From positions 84,506,001 to 84,570,000 of the forward strand of contig OX597827.1 of NCBI GenBank assembly GCA_951406725.2: a stretch of DNA of 64,000 nucleotides, read 5' to 3'. Positions 57,111 through 64,000 of the stretch are shown here, one piece after another. How positions within the stretch are numbered: the stretch's first letter is position 1; each line of letters begins with the position of its first letter. The translations under genes were made by a program, and so were the position numbers. Below the pieces are notes generated by a model. The model saw nothing but the letters and a program-made list of their open reading frames with translations. It searched no databases and had not been told where the DNA came from. The DNA comes from Octopus vulgaris (Eukaryota).

Positions 57111-59459
57111 GGAGAAAGGGAAAAGTCCAAGGAAGGCAAACAAATCGCTAACAAATATGCACATACATATCTAAATATATATTCGGAAACAGAGGAACGT
57201 CCAATAGAAGGGGAAATGAAGGAAGAAAATCGCCAATGATTTACATGTGGTTACATTTTGACAGGAGAGTGTAAGAGAAGGGAGTATGTGTATGTGCGTG
57301 CGCACAAGTCTGTGTGTGTGCGTATGTGTTGTGGTTTTGGCTGTTTATATGTGTGAGTGAATTTTGTGTCGCTAAATCTTGTAGGCAGAATTCAGTAGCA
57401 GGAGTAGCAGTCTTTTGTGTTGCTGTGTGTCTCTTCACACGTGCATAGAGGAATGGTCAGTGGAAAGGCGTTTGACTGGCTGTTTGAAGTTTGTGTGTGC
57501 TTGTGTATGTACGTATGTGCATATATGTTGTGTGTTTTGTGTGTAGTGTGCGCATGCGTCTGTGTGTGTGAGAGAGAGTATGTGCATGTGTGTGTGCGTG
57601 TATGAATGAGGGGTTATGTGCGGTTTTGTGCGTGTATGTGTGTATGTGGCGTATATGTGTGTTCTTGTGTATGTGATGTTCGAATTTGGCCAAATGCGTT
57701 TTTTTTTTCAATATTTATTTTTGCTTGCAATAGCCAGTTCTTTTGGTCAAACTATCGTATCTCCAGTTGTTTCGGATGCCAAAATATGAAAACTGTCAGA
57801 GTGTAGTAGAACGGTTTAGCACTTTTCAAAAGTGTAGTAAATCCCACATTCGACAGTTTTGCAAAAATATTTCTGACTGAAAATATCATACATGCATGGA
57901 GCTACGATTTTATGCACCCAACACAGTATTATTGTTAAACTGAAATTGTTACTAATGTAAAGAGAAATGGAATGGTGAAACTATTGTTTCGTTTTCTGAA
58001 AAAGCAACGTTATGGACTTACGACACTTTTACATAATAGTTACGATATATATAATCACCACCGGATGCAGTTAAATGTCATATCCAGCCCGGGTGGTCTG
58101 GAGCTGTGAGGAGCATGGGGTTACCCTTGAATTGCTATAACTCTCAGGTCCGTTTTGACCTGGAACCGTAGTATCATCTGTCAGGGTCTCATTTATGAGT
58201 TAAATAGATTTTCCAAGATTGTACAAATAAGACTTTCCTAAAAATGGAATTTTACATTCAGTGTCAGCTTTTGTTTCGAAGTTATCAATATCGCCTCATC
58301 TGTTTACAACAGAGAATCTGCCAATATTTTGGTTAGTAAAACTAAAATTAAGGAAAACGCAAGGTGTAGTTTCTTTGTGAAGGTGAACTTATTCAGTTTA
58401 CATCTTACAATGACACTGATATTTGAATGTCCGATTGTGTGGCGCAGCGTATATTCTTCCAGTTCTGTTATCTCCTAGGGTGGTACACGTTGTTGGCTAA
58501 TTTCATTACCACGTTTCCTGCTGATATCGCCTGAGTGTTGTTTTAAAGAGAGAACCGTTGTATACAGACAGCCATTGATAGTCCGGTACTTATTTTCTTT
58601 ATTATCTTTATTGATATCATCGATAACGTTTAACAGGAGAGTGGTGGCGCTTTATCTTTTCAGGAAAAACTTGTTAAAATCCTTCCTGGTCTGTAGATAG
58701 TCGGCGGAATTCTTTGCAGAATGTTTCAGTTATATATTTGTAAATGTATATTTGTATTTATGTATGCATGCATTATGTATATATGTAAACATAGATACAC
58801 GCATGTATCTATGTTTGCATGCATATACACAACGTTTCTTTTATTTTTTGAATTCTTCCTAAGAAGGAGTTGGTGTCTGACAAAGAAACGATGCTTCTTC
58901 GTTAGAGTTTTGATAACAAAATTGTAAAAAGCTTGCATATTTTCACTGTTCCATTCTCAGATTGTATTGTAAAGCTGATCTCTTTATTCGCCTGAAAGCT
59001 TCGGCTTTTCCAGATTGTCACTTAAACATTTCCTTGGTGAACATAACCAAGTGAGCTACTAATTACAGGTATAATTTGAATTCATAATCAGGGTAGAGGG
59101 CTGCAGGCTTCGAAGTAGTTGTCCATAAATATTCTCCTTTCCGTTCAAAAATGTCCACAACTACAGGGCGACTAATCTTCATCATCGCGTGACTTATTTC
59201 AGTCCCAAATCACTATAATTAACAGCTACAGAGACAGCATATAATATCAAAAGGTAATAGCTATCCCCTATTTAAAAAGTGTGTTATGTTAGAACACGGT
59301 ATGCTGCATTATTTATCTCGAGAGGACTTCTCATATGGACTTGTAGTGAATAAAATAACTCGTAGTTTTATCGTCGGCGGGCGAGATAAACAGTCGACTC
59401 CCTCGTCAGCGACAAATAGAAGAGTGGCCCTCTTATAATAAATAACACAGTATTCTGTA

Positions 59460-59770
59460 TTTTGACACAATGTCCACTGTAAGTGGGAGATAGTAGCAAA
59501 TAACTATACCAGGTTTGCTATGTTTGCACTTTGAAGAAGTTCTGATGGGAGCGTCCCACTAACGTTTCTTGTTTTGATAGAAGTATTCAATATGGAGGAC
59601 ATTATTCCAGAGTCGTCTTTCCTACGGACGGCATTGTGTATTGTTTTAGTAATATCAATATGCCACAAAAGCGGATGGGACCTTGATGACATTTTTGGAC
59701 AGCTGCTGATCACGTGTGAGATGTCTTCCACAGAAATGGAATTCTATCGATATTTTCGGTGGCATTTTGT
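59460..59770 (-). mobile_element. Old Dong/R4-like remnant (CCHC knuckle plus start of RLE)
   Basis: [18 protein letters not shown], then in another frame [18 protein letters not shown] (NKPDIV-like). Confidence 0.6.
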
Positions 59771-59806
59771 GAGTTTAAAGGCTTCACACAATTATTTGTC
59801 TTGCCG

Positions 59807-59848
<42 letters not shown>

Positions 59849-59924
59849 ATATATCTGTAAATATATAAACCCGTATGCATATAACTATATGTGTGTGGTG
59901 TGTGTGCGTGCATGTGTGTGCGTA

Positions 59925-60454
<530 letters not shown>

Positions 60455-61239
60455 ACTCTTTTACTCTTTTACTTGTTTCAGCCATCCGGCTGAGGCCATG
60501 CTGGGGCACCGCCCTTGTTGCTACCCTCTCTAAGTCCAGTTTGCCGTGGCTGGCCACTGATCTAAGAGAGAGTTTGTAGCTGCTGCCCTTAGGTTACCTT
60601 CGTACCTTGCAGTGGGTTCATCTGGGATCCCGGAAAGCAGCTTGTCTAGATGTTTTTTGAAAATGTCCACATCCGCATCATGTAGATCTCTTAGTTTTCT
60701 TGGCAGTTTGTTGAAAAGCTGAGGGCCCTGAACCCCAGGCTATTACAGTATCTGCTCCTTACCCTGGATGTGGAAGACGGGACCTTTGGCACCACACAGT
60801 GACGTCCTGTACGGGGATTGGAACAGCTCTCAATTCCAAAATTTGGTGCTAGTCCCTCCAGGATTTTCCATATGTATATCACTGCATATCTCTCTCGTCT
60901 TCGTTCCAAGGAGTACAAATTGAGTTCCCTAAGCCTCTCCCAATAGTTCTTTTCTTTCATGGTGGAAATCCTCTTGGTGAAATGTCTTTGGATTGTCTCA
61001 AGCTCTGTGGTTAGTTTGACACTATGCGGTGACCACAGTTGGGAGCAGTAGTCCAGGCGGCTTAGGACAAATGTCCTCCATAGTGTCAACATGATCTCGC
61101 AGTCTCTTGTCCGGAATGTCCTCAGGATCCAGCCAGTGAGTCGTCTGCACATTGTCGCCACCTTCGCGATGTGTGAAGAAAAAGATGCATCGTCACTCAT
61201 GTCTATCCCCAGGTCCCGTATTGATTTTGATACTGGGAT
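60455..61239 (-). mobile_element. LINE subfamily B, 5'-truncated young copy embedded in (TA)n
   Basis: Near-identical to 7108-7893, with only a handful of substitutions and one 1-bp deletion seen; same AGTAAAAG tail. Confidence 0.95.
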
Positions 61240-63663
<2,424 letters not shown>

Positions 63664-64000
63664 ATTTGATTGGTAACCGTAGTCTGTAATTAAATCCAGT
63701 TCCTCAATGCTGAACCTATAAAGAGAGTTAATTGATGTAATAGAAACACTGAATAACTCGTTAAAATCATCGAAGCACACACATTGGAAAACAGACATAA
63801 ACACATACACTCGTGCTCATATTATACACACACGCAACGTAGATATACAATCAATCGCGCTTCCATACGTGCCCGCACACAAACACACACACACACACAC
63901 GTATACATTTGTATAGATGCTCGCACCCTTACAGGCACACACATTTTTATGAATGCGCGTTCGCGCGCGCACACTCATACACACACACACACACACACTT

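Overview
This is an AT-rich, repeat-dominated animal genomic window, either intergenic or intronic. No host protein-coding exon could be identified. The SINE sequences and the extreme (TA)n content resemble octopus/coleoid cephalopod DNA (inference from recall, not verified). Roughly 11 kb is (TA)n-type microsatellite, and there is a 100-N scaffold gap. Two things stand out. (1) About ten copies from four subfamilies (A-D) of an APE/RT LINE of the CR1/L2 group sit with their 3' tails against (TA)n arrays. They share a co-varying 3'-UTR RNA motif (GGYGGUGC..CAUGGCC-hairpin-GAAAC). (2) Six hammerhead-ribozyme-like motifs occur at five loci, all on the minus strand. They include a ~360-bp tandem repeat with one U3-A8 variant hammerhead per unit (retrozyme/Penelope pLTR-like), plus diverged relatives that keep the same long-hairpin architecture. 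The window also holds Dong/R4 RLE retroelements in (TAA)n, a CR1 inserted in a SINE, two decayed Tc1/mariner (maT-like) copies, a non-autonomous Helitron, a hAT MITE with a perfect 8-bp TSD, tRNA-derived SINEs, and 25-bp and 24-bp minisatellites. Almost all long ORFs in the supplied track are microsatellite artefacts.
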